From assembly GCA_964618785.1 (NCBI GenBank), contig CAZUCY010000001.1, positions 54,169 to 118,168 of the forward strand: 64,000 nt of DNA. Reading direction: 5' to 3'. The DNA comes from an uncultured Ignavibacteriaceae bacterium (GTDB lineage Bacteria; Bacteroidota; Ignavibacteria; Ignavibacteriales; Ignavibacteriaceae). The first letter of the stretch is position 1; the number at the start of each line of letters is the position of its first letter. A model generated the notes under the pieces. The model was not told the DNA's origin. It saw only the letters and a list, made by a program, of their open reading frames with translations, and did no database searches. Shown in pieces: positions 41,273 to 50,738 of this stretch. The position numbers and the translations under genes are program-made.

Positions 41273-41703
41273 TCGTAAAAATAAGTTTTCTTTACAATTA
41301 TTAAAGAATGGATTTATTCTGTCTTAAAATTGTTGAGAAAAGCAGTAAGTATCTTTTTTCAGGTCGTTTAGTGCTTTTTGATATACTAAATCCGGAACTT
41401 ATAATAAACCGAACCATGGATGTATGGTTGGCGTATTTATTATCTGACTAACCGGTAAGAAAAAGTACCTGCCGGGAAACGGTAATATAGGCAAAATAGT
41501 TTCCTTAGGTCTCGGCAAAAGTTTTGGCGATTTTGTCGAATTTTATTTCGCTCTCAAATTTGAGCAAAAATAAACACAGCGGGCTCTGATTGTTCAATTT
41601 TGAAACTGTTCTGAAGATGTCTTTTTATGCCGGGTAAAAATAAAAACGAATACAAAAATTTAGGTTAAACAATATTTTTCAGAGAGAGGTAGAATATATT
41701 TAT

Positions 41704-44481
41704 ATGTCTTTTGCTAAAAAGTGTCAATTACTGTTAATAATTGTTTTATTGTTTCCGGTTAATAAAATACATTCTCAATCTGCCATGAATCCGGAATTAT
41801 ATAAAAATCTTAACGAGACACATGATCTGAATCTGCCTGATTGGGGCCCCTATTCTAAACGTTACATCGGTGTATCTCATATCCCTGATAAAAGCAGCGG
41901 CTTAAGATTCGATCTGACTGTATTTCCTGGCTTTTATAGAAGAGAAGTTTTTGTTCCAAATGTTTTGTTTGAAAACAGTTACCATCCGTGGGATGCGTCG
42001 CCTAACCTCGAATATTTTTGTTTCCGTCATGAACTTGAATGGAAAGATAAAGTTTATACCGATATTTCTTATTCGGAAATGACGCCTAATTCAAGATTGA
42101 TTAGGATTGAGTGCGTTAACAATACGGATAACAATCAAAACCTTGCTTTGCATTTCATGGCTTCCATTAATTTTCCGCCTCCGTTTTCTTCTGATGACCG
42201 TACTGTAATTATATTGCCTGAAGGTGCGGAATGGATTAATGCGATTGATTATAAAGAGCTTAATTTTTTTAAACAGAGACCAACGGATAACTTAGTGCCT
42301 GACGGAAAAATGCGGGGGGAATTGAGGGATACCGGTTTTGTAAATGGTTCCGGAATAGGAATGAATTTTGGCTTGGATAAAGGGGATTTTATTTCTTATG
42401 AGATCAATGCAAAAAAAGATTTTAATGATGGCATTCTTTTAATACGTTATAAATTGAGTGAAAGTAAAAAATTATCTTTCGACCTTTCCGGAATGATTGA
42501 TGGAATTATCACATTTAAGGGTGAAAATGAATTTGGTCTTGATACATTACACGTTGGGAAAATAAAAGCTGGGATTCATATGCTTACTCTTACTTCCGAA
42601 GGTGGAAATCCTATAGAGTTTGACGGGTTTGTATTGGCAGATTCTGATTCAATTCAAGGTGTTGAGTTCAAACAAAAAGCCTTAAATCCCGTAGCAAAAA
42701 TACTTAATGGCCCCGTTAAGAATTCTCTCATCCTGAAATATGATGACGTGGATTTATATTACGGGCTTCTTTGGAAGTATGATTTATTTGAAATTCGTCA
42801 ATGGTATGGCAGCAACATTTCCGATTATTTTAAACAGATGGTAAACGAACACGTATCAAAAGTTTTTCATGGCGAAGGTGATGGTCATTTTACGAATGTT
42901 TTTCTTAAACCTATTGAGCTTCTGCCAAAATCAAACAAAATTCTGTACGGGGTTGTTTGCTGCGGCGCTAAGGATGAGGTTGAAAAATATTTGAGCGAAA
43001 TTGATAAATTGCAGGATCAATACGAAGGATACTACCTTGCCGCAAAAAAACTTGTCGTTCAAAAACCTGTTAACCTTGACGGCGAAAAATATAAGTTCAG
43101 TATCGAGAGAATGGAAGCAACTCTTGCATGCAATGTCGTCTATCCGGTTTATATGCAAAAATCATATATCCGGCACCGTACACCCGGCAGATGGTGGGAT
43201 TGCCTTTACACATGGGATTCCGGATTCATTGGTCTTGGACTTCTTCGAATGGATACTTTGAGTGCCATAGAAAATTTGAACGCTTATGTCCAGGAACCTG
43301 GCGCGCAATCGGCATTTATTCATCACGGTTCTCCTGTGCCCGTTCAGCAATATTTATTTCTTGACCTTTGGAATCAAACACAGTCAAAAACGCTGCTGGA
43401 ATATTTTTATCCCCGCCTAAAACAGTATCACGAATTCCTGGCGGGCAGGTTGGGCAGTTCTACTACTCGATCAATGAAATCAAACCTTTTGAAAACATGG
43501 GATTATTTTTATAGTTCTGGCGGATGGGATGATTATCCTGCCCAAAAGTACACTCACGAGCAAAATCTGGATGCTACAACTTCTCCAATAATAACTACTT
43601 CTCAGGCTATTCGAACTGCAAAAATTTTAAAAATGATTGCTAATTATCTTGGAAAGAAAGATGATATAAAAGGATACAATGATGATATTGAAACATTTAG
43701 TAATGCAATTCAAAAATATGCCTGGGATGACGCTTCGGGATATTTTGGTTATGTCGTTCATGATAATAATGGAAATCCAATGCACATTCTGAAATATCAG
43801 GATAAGGTAAACTATGATATGGGCTTTGACGGCGCTTATCCTTTGATTGCTGGTATTTGTACAGATGATCAAAAACAGAAAATCCTTAACTCGCTTAAAT
43901 CAGATAAGCATCTTTGGTCAAATACCGGATTATCCGCAGTTGATCAGTCCGCTCCATATTATAAAATTGACGGATATTGGAATGGAACAGTTTGGATGTC
44001 GCATCAATGGTTTTTCTGGAAAACAATGCTGGACCTGGGTGAAGCAGATTTCGCATTTAAAATTGCTAAAACAGGCTTGGATGTTTGGAAACATGAAGTT
44101 GAGGCTACTTATAACTGTATGGAACATTTTATTGTCGAATCAGGTCGGGGGGCTGGCTGGCATGAATTCGGAGGATTGTCGTCGCCGGTTCTTATGTGGT
44201 ATTCAGCTTATTTTAATCCTGGTAATTTTACTTCTGGTTTTGATACCTGGATTGAAAATAAAAAATTCAATAATAATAACAGTGAGTTTTTAGCGGATCT
44301 TTCCTTTATGGGAAATAGTAATATAACTTCTGTTGTTGCTTGTATGAATCCCGATTATCAGTACTCTGTGAAATGGAACGGAAAGGAATTAACTTATAAA
44401 TCATTAGCTCATGGAACATTAAGCGTCGATATTCCTGTAGACAAGGTGAAAAAGGGAAGACTGGAGATTGAAAAAATATAA
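41704..44481 (+). CDS. Secreted (alpha/alpha)6-barrel glycoside hydrolase, GH63 / mannosylglycerate-hydrolase-like, with a large N-terminal beta-rich region
   Basis: Signal peptide ...NKIHSQS. The C-terminal half carries RWWDCLYTWDSGFIGLG, SSGGWDDYP and DGYWNGTVWMSHQWFFWK, resembling the GH63/GH37/GH15 clan motifs. About 450 aa precede this without an obvious family. Confidence 0.5.
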   Translation: MSFAKKCQLLLIIVLLFPVNKIHSQSAMNPELYKNLNETHDLNLPDWGPYSKRYIGVSHIPDKSSGLRFDLTVFPGFYRREVFVPNVLFENSYHPWDASPNLEYFCFRHELEWKDKVYTDISYSEMTPNSRLIRIECVNNTDNNQNLALHFMASINFPPPFSSDDRTVIILPEGAEWINAIDYKELNFFKQRPTDNLVPDGKMRGELRDTGFVNGSGIGMNFGLDKGDFISYEINAKKDFNDGILLIRYKLSESKKLSFDLSGMIDGIITFKGENEFGLDTLHVGKIKAGIHMLTLTSEGGNPIEFDGFVLADSDSIQGVEFKQKALNPVAKILNGPVKNSLILKYDDVDLYYGLLWKYDLFEIRQWYGSNISDYFKQMVNEHVSKVFHGEGDGHFTNVFLKPIELLPKSNKILYGVVCCGAKDEVEKYLSEIDKLQDQYEGYYLAAKKLVVQKPVNLDGEKYKFSIERMEATLACNVVYPVYMQKSYIRHRTPGRWWDCLYTWDSGFIGLGLLRMDTLSAIENLNAYVQEPGAQSAFIHHGSPVPVQQYLFLDLWNQTQSKTLLEYFYPRLKQYHEFLAGRLGSSTTRSMKSNLLKTWDYFYSSGGWDDYPAQKYTHEQNLDATTSPIITTSQAIRTAKILKMIANYLGKKDDIKGYNDDIETFSNAIQKYAWDDASGYFGYVVHDNNGNPMHILKYQDKVNYDMGFDGAYPLIAGICTDDQKQKILNSLKSDKHLWSNTGLSAVDQSAPYYKIDGYWNGTVWMSHQWFFWKTMLDLGEADFAFKIAKTGLDVWKHEVEATYNCMEHFIVESGRGAGWHEFGGLSSPVLMWYSAYFNPGNFTSGFDTWIENKKFNNNNSEFLADLSFMGNSNITSVVACMNPDYQYSVKWNGKELTYKSLAHGTLSVDIPVDKVKKGRLEIEKI

Positions 44482-44752
44482 ATATTTAGGTTCGTTTTAA
44501 AAATATAATTTATGCTCCGGCATTTTTCCTGTCTATAAAGAACAAGTTGTGAAAAATGATGTTGAGCGCTCCGTCCAAAAAGCAAAATTTGATATTACCG
44601 CACTGGGCAAACGTTATCTTTCTGTTTTAATTCAACAAATTTGAAGAAAGTATTATTGAAGTCCGGTGGAGAAGTATTAAAATACAAATGCAAATTATTC
44701 CGGGAATTAATCTGTACAGAATAAAATATATTAACGTCATATTGAGAAAATT

Positions 44753-47707
44753 ATGAAAAAATATTTTATTGGAATTGTACTTCTTATTCTTTTTATATAT
44801 CAGAATATTATCGCGCAGGATTTAACAAAGTATGTCGATCCTTTCATTGGTACGGGAGGAGAAGGGCATACTTACCCCGGGGCTGTTTTACCTTTCGGTA
44901 TGGTGCAGCTGAGTCCGGATACACGCCCGGGTAATTGGGATGATTGCAGCGGTTATCATTATAGCTGCAATTCGATTCTCGGCTTTTCACATCTTCATCT
45001 AAGCGGTACCGGCGTCCCTGGTTATGGCGATATTTTATTCATGCCAACTACCGGGAAAATTCAACTTGAACCGGGAGATGAAAAAAAATCATTAACGGGA
45101 TATAAAAGTAAATTTGATCACTCTTCCGAAATTGCCGAACCTGGTTATTATTCCGTTCTGCTCTCTGATTATTCAATCAGAGCTGAATTGACGGTAACAA
45201 CTCGTGCCGGGTTTCATCGCTATACTTATCCGTCAAATTCTTCTGCAAACTTAATTATAGACCTTGTGCACCGGATACAATCAACGGCAGCTATTAAAGA
45301 AGCCGAATTCCGTATAGTTGATGAAAATAAAATAGAAGGGATGAGAAGAACCAGCGGGTATATAAAGGATCATTTAATTTATTTCGTCGCTGAATTTTCA
45401 AAACCGGTTATTGAGTCTGGAATTCAAAACGATGGCAGGCTTTCTACCCAAATTAAAGAAGCTAAAGGAACCCGCATTAAAGCTTATTTGAAATTTAACG
45501 TGCGTGATAAAGAACCGCTGCTAATTAAAGTAGGTATTTCTACGGTTGATTATGAAGGCGCAAGAAAAAATCTCGCCGCTGAAATTTCCGGGTGGGATTT
45601 TGACAAAGTGAGAAATGACGCAAAAGAAATATGGAATAAACAGTTATCAAAAATAATTGTAAAAAATCAATCTGAAGACAAGAAAAAAATATTTTATACC
45701 GCACTCTATCACGCCTCCGTAGCTCCCAATATATACTTTGATGTGGATAGAAGATACCGTGGAAGAGATAGGCAGGTTCATTATTGCAAAGATTTTGATA
45801 ACTATACCGCCTTTTCATTATGGGATACTTTCCGTTCCACACATCCGTTATATCTTCTGATTGATCCTGAACGGGCAAACAATATGGTTAATTCGCTTTT
45901 GGCAAAGTATGATGAAAGCGGTATGCTTCCCAAAATTGAATATGGAAACAACGAAACCGGCGATATGATCGGTTATCATTCTTTGCCCGTTATTGCTGAT
46001 GCTTATGTAAAAGGAATCCGTGGTTTTGATGCTGAACATGCATTAAAAGCAATGGTGAACTCGGCTTATTACAGCGATCCTGAAATGAAATTATATATGC
46101 AGCTTGGATATGTCCCGGCAGATAAAAAAAAGGAATCAGTCTCTAAGACTATTGAGTATTCTTATGATGATTGGACTATATATGCCTTGGCAAATGCAGT
46201 TGGTGACCAAAAAACGGCTAATGAATTTCTTCTACGGTCAGAATACTACAGGAACTTATTTAATGGATATTCAGGGTTTTTTAGAGGTAGAAATTCTTCC
46301 GGAGACTGGGTCCCGGAATTTGATCCTTTTGAAGTTTCGCATGATTTTACCGAAGGTAATGCCTGGCAGTATAGCCTGTTTGCGCCCCATGATATGAATG
46401 GCTTGATTAATTTGTACGGCGGTAAAAAGAAATTTATCAGTCATGTCGATCGGTTGTTTTCCTCTAAATCTGTTTTCACGGGGAAAAAAATTTCCGACTT
46501 AACCGGTACAATAGGGCAATATGTACACGGTAATGAACCCAGCCATCACATAGCGTATGTTTATAATTTTGTTGATCAGCCATGGAAAACACAAGAAAGA
46601 ATTCATCAGCTTTGCAAAGAAATGTACACAACTCATCCCGATGGACTAATCGGTAACGATGACTGCGGTCAAATGTCCTCTTGGTTCATTTTTTCATCTA
46701 TGGGCTTTTATCCATTTTGTCCCGGAACGGATGAGTACCAAATAGGCGCTCCTTTCTTTGATGAGGTTACACTGAACCAGGTTAATGGTAAAAAGTTTGT
46801 TATTAAAACTGAAAATCTTAGCGATAAGAATTATTATATTCAATCTGCTCAGCTAAACGGGAAAGAATTGAATGTGCCGTTTATTAAACATTCCAATATT
46901 GCAGAGGGCGGTGTATTAATATTTCGCATGGGAAGCGCGCCGAATAAGAATTGGGGAAATGTTGATAAAGAAAGTCCGTATTCTTTATCAAAAGGCAGAG
47001 TTGTCAGCATACCTTATGTAAAAAACGATATCGGTTATTTTGCAAATAAAACAAAAGTTGAACTTGGATGTGCTACTGACGGAGCGGAAATCCGTTATAC
47101 GCTTGACGGCTCATTACCCGATAAAAATTCAATATTGTTCAAAAAACCATTTACATTATTTGAAAGTGCAGAGCTAAAAGTCTGTGCATTTAAAGATGAG
47201 TTGAAACCTTCTCCGGTACTAAAAATTAATGCGGTAAAAGCTAAGTTTGAAAAAGCAGTTGATATCTCTGAAGATTCATTGATAAACGGTGTACAATATA
47301 AATATTATGAGGGGCTAATAAACTCTGCTTATGATATCCCCGGTGGAGTTATAAAAAAAATCGGCAATCTGAAATATTTTTCATTGGAGCCGGCGGAAGT
47401 AAAAGAATTATATGGTTTTTCTTTTAATGGTTACATTTATATCCCCGACGAGCAAATTTACTCCTTCTACACTAAGTCGGATGATGGAAGTGTTCTGTTG
47501 ATTGATAATAAAGAAGTTGTTAATAACGACGGCGCTCATTCAGCCTCAAGAGCGATCTCCAATGTAATCGCATTGAGTAAAGGCTTTCATGCTTTTACTC
47601 TCTTATACTTTAACCGGTATAAAGATGCCGTTGTGATAGTTGGTTGGGGCAGTAAAAAAATATCCAGTCAGGTTATTCCGGCAAAATATTTATTCAGAAA
47701 AAAATAA
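44753..47707 (+). CDS. GH92 alpha-mannosidase fused to CHB_HEX_C-like and PA14-like C-terminal domains
   Basis: YVDPFIGTGGEGHTYPGAVLPFGMVQLSPDT, GNEPSHHIAYVYNFVDQPWKTQ and GNDDCGQMSSWF. The C-terminal 240 aa contain GCATDGAEIRYTLDGSLPDKNS (chitobiase/hexosaminidase C-terminal-like). They also contain VQYKYYEG...YGFSFNGYIYIPDEQIYSFYTKSDDGSVLLIDNKEV (PA14-like). Confidence 0.9.
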   Translation: MKKYFIGIVLLILFIYQNIIAQDLTKYVDPFIGTGGEGHTYPGAVLPFGMVQLSPDTRPGNWDDCSGYHYSCNSILGFSHLHLSGTGVPGYGDILFMPTTGKIQLEPGDEKKSLTGYKSKFDHSSEIAEPGYYSVLLSDYSIRAELTVTTRAGFHRYTYPSNSSANLIIDLVHRIQSTAAIKEAEFRIVDENKIEGMRRTSGYIKDHLIYFVAEFSKPVIESGIQNDGRLSTQIKEAKGTRIKAYLKFNVRDKEPLLIKVGISTVDYEGARKNLAAEISGWDFDKVRNDAKEIWNKQLSKIIVKNQSEDKKKIFYTALYHASVAPNIYFDVDRRYRGRDRQVHYCKDFDNYTAFSLWDTFRSTHPLYLLIDPERANNMVNSLLAKYDESGMLPKIEYGNNETGDMIGYHSLPVIADAYVKGIRGFDAEHALKAMVNSAYYSDPEMKLYMQLGYVPADKKKESVSKTIEYSYDDWTIYALANAVGDQKTANEFLLRSEYYRNLFNGYSGFFRGRNSSGDWVPEFDPFEVSHDFTEGNAWQYSLFAPHDMNGLINLYGGKKKFISHVDRLFSSKSVFTGKKISDLTGTIGQYVHGNEPSHHIAYVYNFVDQPWKTQERIHQLCKEMYTTHPDGLIGNDDCGQMSSWFIFSSMGFYPFCPGTDEYQIGAPFFDEVTLNQVNGKKFVIKTENLSDKNYYIQSAQLNGKELNVPFIKHSNIAEGGVLIFRMGSAPNKNWGNVDKESPYSLSKGRVVSIPYVKNDIGYFANKTKVELGCATDGAEIRYTLDGSLPDKNSILFKKPFTLFESAELKVCAFKDELKPSPVLKINAVKAKFEKAVDISEDSLINGVQYKYYEGLINSAYDIPGGVIKKIGNLKYFSLEPAEVKELYGFSFNGYIYIPDEQIYSFYTKSDDGSVLLIDNKEVVNNDGAHSASRAISNVIALSKGFHAFTLLYFNRYKDAVVIVGWGSKKISSQVIPAKYLFRKK

Positions 47708-47725
47708 TTTAAAAGATCAAAAAAT

Positions 47726-50485
47726 TTAATCTTTTATTACAAAATAATATTTACCCGATCCGATATGCAATAATATTTTCCCGTCGGCTGATTTTTCGGA
47801 TTGTGCTTCTTTTAGTTCCTCAACCGGCTTGCCGCTTTCAAAAATCTTTTCTTTTGTACCGGTCGGCATAAGAACATCCGCGGTTGTATTAGGCGGAATC
47901 TGTATGTCAAACATAACGGAATCATTTTCATTTCTCCAACCGGACGAAATCATTCCGTAAATGGAATGATATTCCGCTTTTGCAAATTTCAATTCTTTTG
48001 TTATATGCGGATTTACAATAATGTTTTTATAGCCGGGTCTGTCTGGATCAGTTTCAATACCCGCAACACTGCTGTAAAGCCATTTCCCGACAGCGCCGTA
48101 AGCATAATGATTAAACGAGTTCATTCCATCGTTTTGAAATGAGCCATCAGGTTTTATACCGTCCCAGCGTTCCCAAATAGTAGTTGCACCTTTTGTAACC
48201 GGGTAAAGCCATGAAGGATACTTTTTCCTGAATAGGAGCATATATGCTAAATCTGTGTAGCCGTTATCTGTAAGTACCCGGCTTATTCGTGAAGCGCCAA
48301 GAAAGCCGGTTGTTAGATGTCCGAAATTTGCAACGTCGTCAGCAAGGCGTTTCGCTGTTGTTGCTATTAAGTTTTCGGGAATAAGTTCGAAATCCAGAGC
48401 TAATGCATAGGCGGTTTGTGTATTGGATGCAAGCCTTCCGGTTTGAGTTATAAATTCCTTTTGAAATGCATTTTTTATGTTTTTCATCAAGTCGGAGTAC
48501 TCTTCTGCGTCTTGTTTCTTCCCAAGTATTAAAGCAATTTTTTGCAGTAGACTTGTCGAATGGTAGAAATATGCTGTCCCTATAAGATCTTTATCAGTTG
48601 TTGCGCCGGGGTAATCCGATGCTGTAGTTGCAAATGCCAGCCAATCTCCGTAGCCGACGGCTTTTTTCCATATGTAGGAATCGCCCGCATTTTTCTTTAA
48701 GTATTTAATCCAGGCTTTCATTGATTCATATTGTGTCTCCAGAATCCGGGTATCGCCGTAGTTTTGATAAACCGTCCAGGGAACGATTACTGCTGCATCC
48801 GCCCAACCGGCTGCGCCTCCATTATTACTTAAAATATTTGGAATTACATCCGGGATCCTTCCGTCTTCATATTGATCGGCAATGAAATCTTTCATCCACT
48901 TTGTGTAAAAAGATGCTGCGTCCATATTGAAACATGCGGTGGGTGCAAAAACTTCCGCGTCGCCGGTCCAGCCCAATCTTTCATCTCGCTGCGGGCAGTC
49001 GGTTGGTATTCCCAAAAAGTTACCTCTTAATCCCCACTGAATATTCCTTTGTAATTGATTAACTAATGAATCGGAACACTCAAAACTTCCGGTTGGGGTC
49101 ATATCTGAATGTATTACTTCACCGGAAATATCATTAAGAGAAATTTCCCCGGGATAATCCGTTACTGCGACGTATCTAAAACCTTGAAATGTAAAATGCG
49201 GTCGGAATTTCTCTATATCGTTGCCTTTGAAAATATATTCTACTTTTTGTTGTGCTCTGCGGAGATTTGCCGTATAAATATTCCCGTCTTTATCAAGTAC
49301 TTCGGCATGTCTTAAATTTATTTTATCGCCTGCGCTGCCTTTTAATTTAAACTGAACCCAGCCTACCATATTTTGTCCCATATCGAAAACTAAATCGCCA
49401 TTGGGAGATTTAAATTCTTTGATTGGTTTTATAGTTTGTGTTACCCTGATTACGGGATCCGCTGATGCTGTTAAAATTTCTTTGCTGTATTGTTTTTCAA
49501 CTACATCGCTCCAGTCTTTGTCATCAAAGCCCGGTTTATCCCAACCGTCTTTTTCCAACCAGGCATCATAGGTCTCCCCATCATAAATCTCCGACATTAA
49601 GATTGGTCCCTTAGCCGATTTCCATGCGGAACCGGATTTAATTATTTCTGTTGTCCCATCCTTATACGTGATGTTAACCTGTAATAATAGACCGGGTTTT
49701 TTACCGTAATTGTTCTGCTTCTTGTCCCAGGTTAAAGGACCCCTGTACCAGCCGTCGCCGAGAATTACTCCTAAAACATTTCTGCCTTGTTGAATATTTT
49801 CTGTTATATCATAAGTTTGATATTGAAGGCGTTTGTTATAACTGGTCCAGCCTGGCGTGAATAATTGATCGCCGGCTTTATCTCCGTTGATCTGGAATTC
49901 GTAAAGTCCATGACTGGTTACATAAGCTCTTGCTGATTTTACAGGTTTTTTTATATAAAATTCATTGCGAAGCATAGGGCACGCATTATAATTATTTTCA
50001 GTTTCTTCCAACTCCGGCTCAATCCATTCAGCTTGCCAATCCTCTGCTTTCAACAAACCCATTTCCCAGTACGAAGTTTTACTCCAATTGGACTCGCTTC
50101 CGTCTTTATCCCAAATTTTAACTTGCCAATATATACGCTGTCCGGATTTCAATGCCGTGCCGTTATAAACAACCTGGTTGGACTGATCCGATAAAATTTT
50201 ACCGCTGTCCCATAAAAGACCTTTGCCCTTTAATAATTCCTTTTCTGATTCGGAAGCGCGTATTTGGTAAGCTTTTTGTTTAAAATTTCTTTTGCCGGAG
50301 AGAATTTCCCAGCTGAATCTGGGGTGTGTCGCATCAATGCCAAGAGGGTTGATTTTATACTCCGTTCTAAGGTTGGTTAACTCCGGTAAATCCGATGCCT
50401 TAATCTGTTGGAAAAATAATCCAATTTGTAAAAACACCAGTAATAAACAGCTGCGGCGTCTAAGCCGTGCTATAAATTCATTCAT
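47726..50485 (-). CDS. GH78 alpha-L-rhamnosidase
   Basis: NLRTEYKINPLGIDATHPRFSWE (typical GH78 N-terminus) and TDCPQRDERLGWTGDAEVF (hallmark motif). The start is taken at the ATG giving MNEFIARLRRRSCLLLVFLQIGLFFQQIKA. The ORF-track start at 50539 is a TTG 18 codons upstream. Confidence 0.9.
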   Translation of the reverse strand: MNEFIARLRRRSCLLLVFLQIGLFFQQIKASDLPELTNLRTEYKINPLGIDATHPRFSWEILSGKRNFKQKAYQIRASESEKELLKGKGLLWDSGKILSDQSNQVVYNGTALKSGQRIYWQVKIWDKDGSESNWSKTSYWEMGLLKAEDWQAEWIEPELEETENNYNACPMLRNEFYIKKPVKSARAYVTSHGLYEFQINGDKAGDQLFTPGWTSYNKRLQYQTYDITENIQQGRNVLGVILGDGWYRGPLTWDKKQNNYGKKPGLLLQVNITYKDGTTEIIKSGSAWKSAKGPILMSEIYDGETYDAWLEKDGWDKPGFDDKDWSDVVEKQYSKEILTASADPVIRVTQTIKPIKEFKSPNGDLVFDMGQNMVGWVQFKLKGSAGDKINLRHAEVLDKDGNIYTANLRRAQQKVEYIFKGNDIEKFRPHFTFQGFRYVAVTDYPGEISLNDISGEVIHSDMTPTGSFECSDSLVNQLQRNIQWGLRGNFLGIPTDCPQRDERLGWTGDAEVFAPTACFNMDAASFYTKWMKDFIADQYEDGRIPDVIPNILSNNGGAAGWADAAVIVPWTVYQNYGDTRILETQYESMKAWIKYLKKNAGDSYIWKKAVGYGDWLAFATTASDYPGATTDKDLIGTAYFYHSTSLLQKIALILGKKQDAEEYSDLMKNIKNAFQKEFITQTGRLASNTQTAYALALDFELIPENLIATTAKRLADDVANFGHLTTGFLGASRISRVLTDNGYTDLAYMLLFRKKYPSWLYPVTKGATTIWERWDGIKPDGSFQNDGMNSFNHYAYGAVGKWLYSSVAGIETDPDRPGYKNIIVNPHITKELKFAKAEYHSIYGMISSGWRNENDSVMFDIQIPPNTTADVLMPTGTKEKIFESGKPVEELKEAQSEKSADGKILLHIGSGKYYFVIKD

Positions 50486-50738
50486 CTTTAGCATGATGTC
50501 ATTCCATTTGTATTTTTTATTAAAAAATTGTTTAACCAAAAAATAGGTTTTAGTATACTCGGTTTTTTCTTCAACGTAATATTACTATACACCGGTTTAA
50601 AAATAAATAGTATATTATCAATTGACTTGTATATAAATTAAATTCTTAGGTAGATATGTTAAAGTCCTGTTTATTCGGCTGTTTTATTTACTATATTGCA
50701 TACAAAAAAAATAAATGCTAAAAATTACGGTTTAAAAA

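Noticed and set aside
44501-44644. A 47-codon open frame without an ATG in the GH63-like/GH92 spacer, ending ...VKNDVERSVQKAKFDITALGKRYLSVLIQQI*. It looks a little like the C-terminus of a lost gene.
   Set aside because: There is no start codon, it is short, and the resemblance is only impressionistic. It would need tblastn support before being called a relic.
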